A DNA stretch of 64,000 nucleotides, from positions 57,660,001 through 57,724,000 of the forward strand of contig NC_043006.1 in NCBI RefSeq assembly GCF_006345805.1, given 5' to 3'. The stretch comes from Octopus sinensis (lineage: Eukaryota). Positions 50,606 through 63,189 of the stretch are shown piece after piece (positions within the stretch are counted from its first letter, which is position 1; each line of letters starts with the position of its first letter). A program made the translations under genes and the position numbers. The notes under the pieces are model-generated. The model had not been told where the DNA came from. It saw nothing but the letters and a program-made list of their open reading frames with translations, and searched no databases.

Positions 50606-52080
50606 AATGTATACATATATATATATATCTATACATCCATATATGTTTGTATGCATGCATTTATGTATATATGCCTTCATCTTCATCATAATCATAATTT
50701 TTTATGCTTGCAATGATGAGACAGAATTTATTCAGAACTGACAGAACTGTGTTCCTTCTGTAACAATTCCATCATTTTGCTTTTCTTTTCAGACAGCATT
50801 ATCCATTATCTCCTTCTTCCCTTAAGACAGTACGGTGAGGGAAATTTGGCTAATATTTCTAACAAATCTGCCAGTTGTATGGAGGCTCCGTTATTGACTC
50901 TTATTGATTTAATCCTCTTTATATTGGTATGGGAAACACACAGCAAAAGGTAGGTTCATGATGATCAAGACATCTACATGACAAATGTTCTTGAAAAAAA
51001 AAACAAGCTAATTCCAATCTTCTGCAAATTATTCATCATCTGGTCTCTTAGATACCAATACTATACATTCTGTGTGTTTGTGTGTTTTGAAATAGAAAAT
51101 GGCTAACTTCTTAGGAAGAACAAACTGATCCCACATTAATGATGCTCTGTGAGACAGTGTGTCCTCCCTCAGGGGTACATCTACAACAGCCACTCCGTCC
51201 AGAAACACACACATGTAAGCAGGAATACACACACACACACTCATACTTACACACATATGCATACAAAGATACCTGTTATGACAACTGAGGAGACTTCTAT
51301 GTGGTCACACAACCTAGCAGAAACAGCAACCAAATTTTCCCTGAATTTGCACTATACCGTAGTTTTTATTGATTTGAACTGATCCAGAGTGAAACAAGAC
51401 CAACAAGTCCCAGTGGAAAAAAATCTGAAACCAGGCAAGTATCTATATGGTGGCTTGACTTGCTAGATATAGCGACTATATTAATCTGAATCAACACCTG
51501 CCATCCTAAAACAGAGAAGGGTATATTAGACAATGTAGCCTCTGATATGCAAACACATGACAAGGCTGTAACTAGGATATTGTTGATCATGTCTGTTTAA
51601 TCAGGGCTGACCTTAAGCTCAAGAACAACTGCCAAAGACATGTGAGAAATCAAAACTAGGTATTATAGATTCTATTGATGACTTCTGTCTTTGAGTTATA
51701 TTGTTTATAGAATCCCCACCAAAATATATTACTAATTACAACAATCAAAATCACAGGTTCAACTACATGGTTACCAACTCTTTACAAATACATATATATA
51801 TATACAGACACACACATGCATATACCATTAAAGAGTGAGCTTCTTTTTAAGATATATGATACTTCAGAAATGTAAGCACATGTGGATTGTTGGCAATTTT
51901 TCCTGCATTCTCTTTGAACTTCCCTCTTTCGATGAAGAGCTATGCCCAAATTGTTAGCAACTCACTCTTTTCACTGTGCGTCAAATAAATATATTGTTTA
52001 TGCACATCCTCACATTCATGAATCTCTTTTCCTCTGTTTTTAATAGCTTGTTCTTTGAATTGACTATACATACTTACATG

Positions 52081-52112
<32 letters not shown>

Positions 52113-52134
52113 TATATACATACATACATCATCA

Positions 52135-52325
52135 TCATCGTCGTTTAATGTCCATTTTCTATGCTAGCATGTGTTGGATGGCAGTGTTTCTACAGCTGGA
52201 TGCCCTTCCTAATGCCAACCACTCCATGAGTGTAGTGGGTGTGTTTTACGTGCCACTGGCACAGGGGCCAGAAGAGGCTGGAAATGGCCACAATTGGTTG
52301 GTGCTTTTTATGTGCCACCCACACA
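52135..52325 (-). mobile_element. Repeat family D (RTE-like tail)
   Basis: ggatgcccttcctaatgccaacc. Confidence 0.7.
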
Positions 52326-52830
52326 TAAAAAGCTAGGTATTGTTTCAAAGTAATGCCAAGCAGTAAAAGTGTAATGCTCAAGGTGTTCAGCTCATGATCA
52401 AAAGGTTGTGGGTTCAATTCCTAGATTAGGTGGCACATTGTGTTCTCAAGCAAGGTACTTCATTATCACATGTCTCAAGTCTACTCAACTGGAATGAGTG
52501 CCAGCCAGGTGCTAGTGAAGCACTCTGGACATCTAGTTGTACATCCTCTACGATCTGATGGGTTAAGAGTGAAGTGGCCAAGAAGGTATCTATGTCTGCT
52601 TTCCACTACATAAGTACCTAAAACAATTTACAAAAATGTGATACATGCTTATAAGGCCAAACTTGCTCACAAGTGATGTACATCGAAACTTTATTTTTAA
52701 TACTATGTAATGTACTGACACTAGCACAGATCCATGGACTCTCCCTTCAAAGACAACGTATGAGTGTTCAGCTTTTGCCGAACAGCCAACACAAATGATT
52801 TGTTTGAAGTGATCAAATGTATGTGTTGTA

Positions 52831-53381
52831 TTGGGTTGTCTGGCAAGTCCGTGCCGATTTTTAAAGGAAAGAAAAAGGTCAATAAATACTTGACATTACA
52901 TTTTTAATCAACCAAATATGAACTATTTTGTTGCACAATGCTTCTCCATCTTTCCTTTAACTTGAAAATACCCTCTTTCCAGAATTGAGGTGGTTTCATG
53001 GCAAAGAATTCATCAAGGTATCTTTTCACATCATCCAAGGAATTGAAATTTTTACCATTAAGACCTGAATAAGTGGAAATCCGAAGGAGCAATATCAGGT
53101 GATTATGGAGGGTGGGGTAACACATCCCAGCCGAGCTGCAGCAACTTTTGTCTGGTTCCCAAAGCATGAAGTGCCGAAAATTAACTTTCTCATCTTCCAT
53201 TTTAAAGGGTTACAGAATTAACACAGGTTATAGGAACATAAACCTTCTTCCACGAAAAGAAGCTTAAACTGCGCTCTAAATGAAGGTGTAGTCAAATCCT
53301 ATTTTATGAACTCAACCATGTTCTGAAATAAGTCAAAAGGTAAGCTACTATAAATCGGCATGAACTTTCTGGACAACCCAA
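52831..53381 (-). mobile_element. Internally deleted mariner transposon inserted in a SINE family C copy
   Basis: ~30-bp TIRs, TA on both sides; N-terminus MEDEKVNFRHFMLWE fused to LGWDVLPHPP*SPDIAPSDFHLFR and C-terminus ...EGIFKLKERWRSIVQQNSSYLVD. Confidence 0.9.
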
Positions 53382-54399
53382 TACATTTGCTCACTCTCGT
53401 CATCAAATCAGCATTGCCTAAACAAGTGCACAGTGTACCATGTGTTAGGTATTCAAATTTTCGCAGAATAATGTGAGATGGAGTGTTTTGCCCAAGAACA
53501 CAATGCACCACCCTGTCTAGGAATTGAAACCACGATCTCGCATTTGCGAGTAACACCCGAACCACTAGGCCATGCGTCCTCACTGATTACACTGTAATTA
53601 ACTAATAAAATAAGAGCTCTCCATATTTTCATTAAATGTAGGAATTACAGTATGCTATTGTTTCTAGCAAATTAAATAACTACTTATAGGCTTCCTCATT
53701 GGCTCACAATCACATATAGACTCTCTTTCGTTTATATAATTTAGTCAGTTGACGACCATCATTTACAATGTCTTCTTCAAATTCTAGTAACTTCATCACC
53801 ACTACACAAAAACTGGATGATTATTTTTACTAATTTCAGTCATTAAATTCAGCCGTGCAGAGGCAGTATCTGTAAGAAGAGTCAACTGGCTACTTATTTA
53901 ATCGTCAATGTCAAAACAGACGTAATCAAAGCAAGGTGATATGAATTTAAAGGGGCATAACTCAGATGGCGCTAAATATAAATTTGCTTAAGGCATTGAC
54001 TTTATTTATCCCACGCCAATACACATATAAATATATATCATTTTATCTTTTATATCTTACTTGTTTCAGTCATTAGACTGTGGTCATGCTGGGGCACCAC
54101 CTTGAATTTTTTGTTGAATGAATCCACTCACAAGGCTTTGATCAACCTAGATCTATAGAAGACACTTGTTCAAAATGCCAGACATTGGGACTGAAACTGA
54201 AACCATGTGATTGGGAAGCAAGCTTCTTAACCACTCAGCCAGTCATACCTGTGCCTGTTTGTGTGGGCATTAGGTCGTGGTTTGTGGCAGGAAGGGCTCC
54301 AGTCATAAAACACTATCATCATTACTGCATTCAACTAATCCATGCTAACATGGAAAATTGGATGCAAGAGTTACAGAAAGTGTTGTTGCTGAAATTAAT

Positions 54400-54845
54400 C
54401 ACGGTTTCAAATTTTGGCACAAAGCCAGAAATTTTGAGGAAGGAGGTAAATTGATTACATCGACCCTAGTGCTCAACTGGTACTTATTTTATCGACCCCA
54501 AATGGGTGAAAGGTAAAGTTGACCTCGGCAGAATTTGAAGGCAGAATAAAGTCAGATGACATGCTCCTAAGCATTTTGCCTGGCATGCTAAAGATTCTGC
54601 CACCTCACTGCCTTCTTGCTGAATTTAATAATCCTTTCTACTAAAGGTACAAGGCCTGAAATTTTGGAGGAAGGGACCAGTCAATAACATCGACCTCTGT
54701 ACTCAACTGGTACTTATTTTATCGACCTCAAAAGGACAAAAGGTAAAGTTGAATTTGGCAGAATTTGAACTCAAAACAAAGTCAAACAAAACACCGTTTA
54801 GCATTTTGCCCAGCCTGCTAATGATTCTGCCAGCTCGCTGCCTTT
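54400..54845 (-). mobile_element. Two tandem SINE family B copies, CpG-decayed
   Basis: core motif twice. Confidence 0.8.
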
Positions 54846-55562
54846 TTTGCTGAACTTAAGAGGAACATGATTGGCCTGGATGAAATGCAGTGTGACTTTG
54901 TATGAAGAAGAGGTACTATTAGTGTCATATTCCTAGTGAGACAAGTTCAGAAAAAGCACTAAGCCAGATGTAAGACCCCTATACCTGGTCAACTTAGAGA
55001 AGACCTCTGACAGGGTGCCTTGCTCTGTAATTTGGTGGTCGATAAGGAAGCTAGAGGTGGATAAATGGTTTGTGAGGGCTGTGCAGATCATGTACAATAG
55101 GTGCAATAAGTAATGAGTTTGGTGACAAATTTAGCATGCAGGTAGAAGTTCATAAAAGTCGTATCAATCCACAGCACTAGACTGATAGTTTTTTTATCAA
55201 CCTTGAAAGGATGAAAGGCAGAGTTTACATTAGAGGGATTTGAATTCAGTGCAGAAAGTTGGATCAAATAACATGAGAATTTTTATTCAATGCTGTAATG
55301 ATTCAGCCATTTCACAACCAAAATATTCCTGTCTTTGTTCAGCCAATCAAGAACAAGAAAACATCATGAAAGTATGGAGTTGTCAGATAAATTTCTTATT
55401 TTTTTTCTATTTGGCACTCAATTGTCATATGTATGAAAAGAAGTAAAATTCATTCAAATTTCAAAAGCAATAAACAGAATTTGTAGAGAAAGAATAGAGC
55501 TACAAAAAAAGACATAAGACTCCATAAGAAAAATATTTTTGATGTTAACTGAAATAAAATTT

Positions 55563-55768
55563 CATTTTTGGATTTGGTTTGCAAGATTCTTTATATAAGT
55601 TCGTGTGTTGAAGCATATTCTGTTGTGTCTGGGGAGAGTAATTTTCTTTTTGTGCCTTATAATGTAACACACTCACCGGTAAAATTTCCACTTATTTCTT
55701 ATTTTTATTTTCCTAAAATTTTCGTTGCATCTTGCAACCGTTTCAATAGTCTTGACTATTGGAAAGGA
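55563..55768. mobile_element. Third copy of U3-A8 hammerhead fold-back family, short inverted arm
   Basis: Matches 12090-12290; minus motif CUA|UUGAAAC|G|GUUGC-AAGAU-GCAAC|GAAAAUUU|UAG (A9>C). Confidence 0.75.
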
Positions 55769-56666
55769 TCAAAATAAACAGGGGGGAAAAAAATTAATAA
55801 ATTTATCTCACAAAGCTTAGACAGGGGTGTGAGGTATTGTTTAGTAAACATTGGAGAATTTATTACTTGGGCTTTTAAATATTTTGCTTTATGGTGATTG
55901 AGCAATATTTTTGATACACTCCAATATGAATTCACTTTCTTACTTAAAGGCATGTGCTTATTTTTGGAATGCATTTTAAATGCAGATTTTATTGAAAGGG
56001 ATTATAATCTATAGGGGATTCCTTGTAATTTTTCTATATATGGATTTATATGTAGATTTCATTCAAATGTAATATAATCCAATCAGGAATACATTGTTTT
56101 CACAACAGGTTATTTAAGTGTAATTTTTCTGAGGAAAGTCAATTTTAAAATGCAATAATTGATAAGGTTATGAATATGAAATAAATCAAAATTAAATTTG
56201 ATATAAAATTCAAATTTCAAAAAATTAAAAATTAGCTTTGAAATTTAAAGCTTTATGAGGGAACATCTTCAAATATAATCATTTAGTATGAAACTATCAA
56301 AGTATAGATTACTTGAGAATTTGAACAATTCTAGTAATTTGCACTGAACAGATTGCTGTATACTGTTTAACAAGTTACTTTTGGTTATTTGTAGAAAGTT
56401 TAAAAAACTGTGCAAGAAAAGGTTAAGTGGAAATAAAAAAAAATAATCAGAATCATCATCATCATTTTACGTCCATCTTTTCATGCATGGATCAAATAAA
56501 CTTTGAATCCTTTTCCGATGCCAAGCATCACCTGTTTCCAAGCAATACAATATTTCTATGACCAGACATGTTTTCATGGAAGACTGGCAATAAAAGACAG
56601 ACAATGCTTGCATGACAGTGAAGCTTGTTTACAACTATTAAATGAAGTCAAGGCAAGGAGACAGTA

Positions 56667-56713
<47 letters not shown>

Positions 56714-57510
56714 CACACACATATACTCACATACATATATAACCACTCAGCCACATGTGTGCCTACTAAAAATAGTGAAAAAGCATAAAATAGAAATTAA
56801 TTTAAAAGTTAAAAATATAAAATATCAACAAGTCTTATATTTGCTATATGTAGGCATATATGCATCTGTGAGTGTGTGTGTGTGTGTGTGTGTTACTGTC
56901 TGACCCATGGCAGCATGGAAAAGTGATGATGATGATGCTAAATTATTACATTTGAATATCCACCCTTGAAAACCTTTTAAATTTTAAATCAGGTTCTTAA
57001 CTTTATAAATTCTGAAATTTCACTTTAACCTAAATAATAATATTCTAATATTTTTATATTTTTAAAATTCTCTTTCATTAAAAATATTACACTTAAATAG
57101 TCTTTGAGAGCATAATGCATCTCTGATCACAAAGAATCCCAATAAAATCTCCATATAAATCCACCTGTCCATCCATAGATCCATTTTCTCTGCCCATTGT
57201 AGCAGAAAAGCCCCCAGGCAACTCCTTCAGAGGTTCCTTTCAGAAGTTACCATCATTACACTCTCTGGCTGGATTGCCAAGATTAGCCATCTGAGAGACT
57301 GGATATTATCCAGTTATTTCCTTTTTGATCTATATCTAGGTCTCCAGCCAGTTGGCTCAGTTTGAAGAATCCACATTTAGAAATAGGCCTGGTTCAGTTA
57401 CAATGATGAATGTTCCAGATGATTCAATCAACCACACAGCCTGCTCGTGAAATTAATGTGCAAGTGGCTGAGCATTCCACAGACAAGTGTGCCCTTAACG
57501 TTGTTCTCAG

Positions 57511-57683
57511 GGATGAAAAGCAAAGTTGACCTTGGCAAAATTTGAACTCAGAACATCAGGATGGATGAAATACCACTGAGCATTTGGCCCAGTGTGCTAA
57601 CAGTGCTGTAATATCAAAAAGCTGGGATGCCTTCAGTGAAAGATAATTGGATGAGTCTAATGCGAAGTGATCATTCATATGGT
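57511..57683 (+). repeat. 173-bp local duplication of 58641-58813 (SINE B part plus unique flank)
   Basis: about 5 mismatches seen by eye. Confidence 0.9.
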
Positions 57684-57748
57684 GGGACAAATGTATATTA
57701 TATAAATAATGTACATAATTCCTCATCTCTTAAATATAGAACTGTATG
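57684..57748 (+). mobile_element. 3' tail of the tRNA/hammerhead family (47035-47359)
   Basis: aataatgtacataattcctcatctcttaaatatagaactgtat is the reverse complement of 47033-47075. Confidence 0.75.
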
Positions 57749-57759
57749 TTCCAATTTAA

Positions 57760-57865
57760 CCCTTTAGCATTCAGGTTACTCCTTTCAAACGTAAATTTTA
57801 TTTATTCCCATTGTTTTGAATTAATCATGTATTATCTTGTAGCCTTGAGATTTCCATCATTATCA
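57760..57865. mobile_element. piggyBac-like MITE end
   Basis: TTAA|CCCTTTAGCA terminus; family assignment from terminal motif only. Confidence 0.35.
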
Positions 57866-58004
57866 TTTAGCATCTGTAAATATATATATGTATGTTTGTA
57901 TGTATATATATATACGGAGAATTCACAAAAAAACAAAAGACGAAGACAGGTGGTATAGACAACAAATAGATGTATAAGTATAATGCTCGGGAAGTGAAAA
58001 AGTC

Positions 58005-58038
58005 TCAAACGTTTCAAGCCTACGATCTTCCACAGAAA
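58005..58038 (-). ncRNA. Decayed hammerhead-like motif in a Penelope-like end (~57915-58095)
   Basis: UUU|CUGUGGA|A|GAUC-GUAG-GCUU|GAAAC|GUU; stem II and stem I imperfect. Confidence 0.4.
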
Positions 58039-59505
58039 GGAACACAGAAAGAAACAAGGAGAGAAAATAAAGAATGTGTAGTGGCTAGCATGTCTTTCTC
58101 TGATATCTGCAGTGATTTTAATAGTAAATCCATAAGAGATGTTATCTCAGGACACATCTACAGTAACTGGCCTATCAACAGTGTGTGTGTGTGTGTATAT
58201 CAAATATGACTCGGAGATGGTTATTTTGCATTAAAAACTGCCTCAGTTGAGTATATAAGAGATGTATGTGTGTGTGTCTGTGCACATGTCATGTATGTGT
58301 ACATGTGTGTGTGTAAACAAAATTACCCTCTTAAATATCCTAGAAAAGTAATCACATGACCATATATAGTAGCAGTAATATTGTTTTCAAAGTTTGGCAC
58401 ATGTCCAGCAATTACAGAGGAGGGAGTAAGTCGATCAAACTGGTACATATTTTATTAACCCTGAAAGAGTGAAAGCCAAAGTTGACTCCTCAGAATGTAA
58501 AGTTAGATGAAATGCCACTAAGCATTTTACCCAGTGTGCTAACACTTCCTTTAAATTGGTTTCAAATTTTGGGGGAGTCAGATTAAGCCAATTACATCAA
58601 CCCCAGTGCTCAATTGGTACTTATTTTATCTACCTTGAAAGGATGAAAAGCAAAGTTGACCTTGGCAAAATTTGAACTCAGAACATCAGGATGGATGAAA
58701 TGCTACTGAGCATTTGGCCTAGTGTGCTAACAGTGCTGTAATATCAAAAAGCTGGGATGCCTTCAGTGAAAGATAATTGGATGAGTCTTATGAGAAGTGA
58801 TCATTCATATGGTAGGGATAGTCATTAATTTATTTATTAGCACACATTATGAAAGAAAAAGTTTCCAAGACATTATGAAAACCAAAAAAAAAAAGAAAAA
58901 AGAAAAAGAATGATTTCATTAAAAGAAAATGAGTTTGTTTCCTTAATAAACATTGTTATTGTGTTTTTTTTTAAGTGGAAAAAGAATAGTGCTATCTTCA
59001 TTAAAAATTGAGTAAAACAGATGTTGGTAATGTGTCCCCAAGGATATGAAGCATGATGACAGTAGAAGAAATGACGCCAGAGGCAACCATCAGATGGGAG
59101 GATGATAATGAACACAGGTGAAAAATCTGAAGGAAAAAAAAATAATTCTGAAGCTGGTGAGATGGTTTTTAGATACAACTGATGTCTGGATAAAGAACTT
59201 TCTAAGAACGACAAGAGAATAATTGGCTGGTTGTTTGTCTTGACAGACATCAACTCCAGAAGAACTACAAATAAATCTGAGTTAATTGTAATTGTTGAAA
59301 ATTCATTACAATTGCATAATGGAAGAAAAAAATAAGTCCAGATTAATAAAACTCGAAATAACTTTCATGAGAAAATGTTTCCTTCAAATCTTTTTCCTAT
59401 TTTTTTTTTATTTCTTTTTCCTTGTTTTTCAGCCATTAGACTGTGGCCATACTGGGATACCACCTTGAGGAATTTTTATTTGACTAAATCAATTCCAGTA
59501 CTTAT

Positions 59506-59554
<49 letters not shown>

Positions 59555-59684
59555 TTAAGCCTGGTTCTTATTCTGTTGGTTTCTTTTGCTGAACCACTAA
59601 GTTACAGGGACATAAACACAGAAACAGCAGTTGTCAAGCAGTGATGGGGGACAAACATTAACCTAAAGACACACATACATATAC

Positions 59685-60170
59685 TCTTTTACTTGTTTCA
59701 GTCATGTGACTGCTGCCATGCTGGAGCACCGCCTTTAGTTGAGCAAATTGACCCCAGGACTTATTCTTTGTAAGCCTAGTACTTATTCTATTGGTCTCTT
59801 TTGCCGAACTGTTAAGATATGAAGACATAAACACACCAGCATCAGTTGTCAAGTGATGTTGGTGGGGACAAGCACAACAGACACACAAACATATATGTAC
59901 ATATATACAACGGGCTTCTTTCAGTTTCCGTCTACCAAATTCACTCACAAGGCTTTGGTCAGCCCGAGGCTATAGTAGAAGACACTTGCCCAAGGTGCCA
60001 CACAGTGGAACTGAACCTGGAACCATGTGGTTGGTAAGCAAGCTACTTAACACACAGCCATGCCTGTGCCTATAGTAGAAGACACTTGCCCAAGGTGCCA
60101 TGCAGTGGGACTGAACCTGGAACCATGTGGCTGGGAAGCAAACCTCTTACTACATAGCCATGTCTGTGCC
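59685..60170 (-). mobile_element. SINE family A with tandemly duplicated head
   Basis: ctatagtagaagacacttgcccaagg...cacagccatg twice (59970-60170). Confidence 0.85.
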
Positions 60171-61409
60171 TAAATATTTCTTTTTTTGAAACTCTTCCTT
60201 CATTTGTAGAAATATGAAAATATAGCACAAATCAGACTGTAGTCAATGTACAGCCTCGGTACAAATACTGACAAAGAAGATTCATCATGAGAAATTCCAT
60301 ACGATAGCTACAGAATTCACAAACATACAGCACCAATTCTGTAAGTTTTTCTTACAAAAATGGCAGTACAGACACTAATAATATTAAGTGAACATAATTT
60401 CTTAATTCTATTCAAGAAAGGAGACGATAATAACTCAACAAAGACAGTTCACACTTAATTGTTTTGTGACAGAAACAAACAATTATGATTGTTGTTTTGA
60501 GTGGAAAATATATTTACAGACTTGATAAGTAAATAATGTGAATTTTGTTAGTTATGTACTGGCGTCCAGGATGTCAGATATTTTACCTTACAGCAATCAA
60601 ACTTGTCGACAAACTCTCTCAGATTTTATTTGTGTATAACAAGTTCTGATAATTAAAACAAGACAACTGGACTTATGCAAATGATTTTGACATAATTCAC
60701 TAATTCTGAAGGCGACTGAGAGAGAGATTGAAGAATTGCTGATTCTAGGATTATCTTAATTAAAGTCAATATACATAATTAAGAAGTTGGAAAATGACCA
60801 GGTGAGAAGTGATTATCATACTCAGCATGTTCAGCTGTTTTAATAAGATTAATCTTAACCAAATTAATTCCACAGAAATAGAGATTAGCAGTATGAAATA
60901 ATTACCAACATAAAGTTTGTAAACAATCACAATAAGATATGATACAGCAAACAAAAACTACAGTTATCAAAAGTATTATCATCATCATTTAATGTCCATG
61001 CTGCTATGAACTGAACTGTTCCACAGGATCTGCTGAGTCAGGGGCCTGTACCAAGCTTCAATAGAAGCTTCAGCATAGTTTCCATGGCTGGATAACCTTC
61101 CTAATACCAACCACTACTGGATGCTTTTGTCATGGTACCAGCTCTGCTGAGGTCATTATGTAACATGCAAAACTAAAACAACTGAGGCTTTATTCTAAGT
61201 GCTAAGAAGCTAAAATATGATAGAAGGGACAGGAACAGGTTTCTAGCTGTACAGGAGATACATGGCAATCTTGTTTTATATGAATCAAAAATATTTCTGC
61301 CCAACCCATGCCAGCATATGTGATGATGATGATGAACTAGATTACATAAAAAAAAAAAATCAAATAATCATGAAACAAATACTGATCTGCTAAAGAGGAA
61401 TACCTTACG

Positions 61410-61620
61410 TTAGAATGCCGGGCGAAATGCTTAGCAGTATTTCGTCTGCCGTTATGTTCTGAGTTCAAATTCCGCCGAGGTCGACTTTGCCTTTCATCCT
61501 TTCGGGGTCGATAAATTAAGTACCAGTTATGCACTGGGGTCGATATAATTGGCTTAATCATTTTGTCTGTCCTTGTTTGTCCCCTCTATGTTTAGCCCCT
61601 TGTGGGCAATAAAGAAATAA
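61410..61620 (+). mobile_element. Young SINE family B, CpGs intact
   Basis: near-consensus. Confidence 0.9.
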
Positions 61621-61816
61621 GAAACTGTTATTGGATTGAATTGAACATTTCTCAGAATAATTCTCAAAACTTTATAGAAATTCCTAAATGTTTGGCTCCA
61701 CTACTTAGTTTGGAAATCTACATTTTTAGGGGGGAAAAAAAAAATTCTATCATGTGAAACTGAGATGATTATTTCTGTAATAAAAAAAAACTATTATGAC
61801 TTAGTAACAAACATAC

Positions 61817-61857
61817 CTGGATCAAATAATGGCCAAACAATTTTAGTTTTCAAAAAA
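61817..61857 (-). CDS. Candidate 41-nt exon FLKTKIVWPLFDP
   Basis: acceptor gtttcattttcag, donor CAG|GTATGT; single open frame, phase 2 to 1. Confidence 0.35.
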
Positions 61858-62877
61858 CTGAAAATGAAACTCTTGGTTAGACAAATAACAAATAATGGCC
61901 ATGTTGAAAGATTGGCATCGTTTTCAAATACATTAAAAACATCCATTTTGGTATCAACTTTTATCAACCCCCAAGAAAGTCTTTGGTATAGTCATTAAGC
62001 ATAAAATTTCAGTTGGTGCAACAGCTGAAGCCAGTAGACTATGCTCCACATCATAATATGCAGTCAGAGTTCATGACATTTGACCCAACCTGTAGCTATT
62101 TAGATTCATTAGGAAGGATCATGGATTTGTATCTTAATCTCTAACAGATGTAAGTCTTATTGAGTTGCAGTAAAGAGAACATAAAATAATTTCTCATTGA
62201 ATCAAGACCAAGAGAAGAGTACAGCTCTTCTCCTTGGTGTATTCAGGAATTCTCTTATATAAGCATTGGAAAGCTTACACAGTGAAGAAATAAATAGCAG
62301 GCAATTCCAAAATCTTGAGTTTGTAGATGTTGTAGTAGTATAGTCATGTAGAGTAATGATCCGAAAGAAAGACAAAGAAGCATGGATCTGTCAATACTTA
62401 GTGTAGAGGAAAGAGTATAGTGAAAGTAAGAACACAAACTTGAATGAAAAGGAACAGCATGAGCAACTACTTAAAGCAAAACTGTTAAAGCTAACAGTGT
62501 AAGCCAACAATATTAAATATGATGTGCAGTTTGCCTGTCTCATGAGTTGCAGTTGAGAGAGAGAGAGAAGATATGAAGAGAAAGAAAAAACAGACCAGGT
62601 CAGAGTATCTAATAACAGGAATCATCACCCTCATCATCATCTACTGTCCATTGTTCCACGCTTGTACAGGTCAGACAGAATTTCTTGAGGCAGAATATGA
62701 AGTACAAATGCACAATTGTACATTTTCAATTTGAAATACTCTGTTGAATTTAACATGTATTTATGAAAGTTGTAGACAAACTGATTGAGAGAAAAAAAAA
62801 ATACAATTCAAAAGAGAAATTTTTGGGAGGAAATTAATATAAAAGATTTAAAACTACCAAGGACATGAAAAACATAC

Positions 62878-62940
62878 CTGAGATTCTATTGTTTTGGTAC
62901 AACCCTGAACTGATCTCAAACTAATTTTCTTCTTCATTTG
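62878..62940 (-). CDS. Candidate 63-nt exon QMKKKISLRSVQGCTKTIESQ
   Basis: acceptor aaaatacag, donor CAG|GTATGT; single open frame, phase 0 to 0. Confidence 0.3.
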
Positions 62941-62954
62941 CTGTATTTTAACTA

Positions 62955-63161
62955 TGAGGGGATGCTGAAAAGTTCCTGGCTTTGAATAAAAGAAAATACA
63001 GGAGGATCAGTTAATCATGATTTTATTCAACATATTTCCTTCTCATATTCACACTTATTGCAATGGTTTTTCTAAGCCCTGTAAAAGAACTTGAAAGATT
63101 GGGTCTCCAACCAGGCCTTTCATGATATTCTTAAAGCCAGGGAATTTTCAGCACTCCTTTG
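62955..63161. mobile_element. Mariner-type MITE
   Basis: TA|TGAGGGGATGCTGAAAAGTTCCTGG ... CCAGGGAATTTTCAGCACTCCTTTG. Confidence 0.8.
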
Positions 63162-63189
63162 TGTTGTTCCTTGATGCTTTCATAACTTG

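Noticed and set aside
49106-51169. Exact 20-mer TGAGACAGTGTGTCCTCCCT at 49106 and 51150
   Set aside because: Real match but too short to interpret; most likely an old repeat fragment
62011-62149. Plus-strand exon-like LVQQLKPVDYAPHH...LNL* followed by GTAAGT
   Set aside because: Stop precedes the donor and no link to other plus exons; left unresolved
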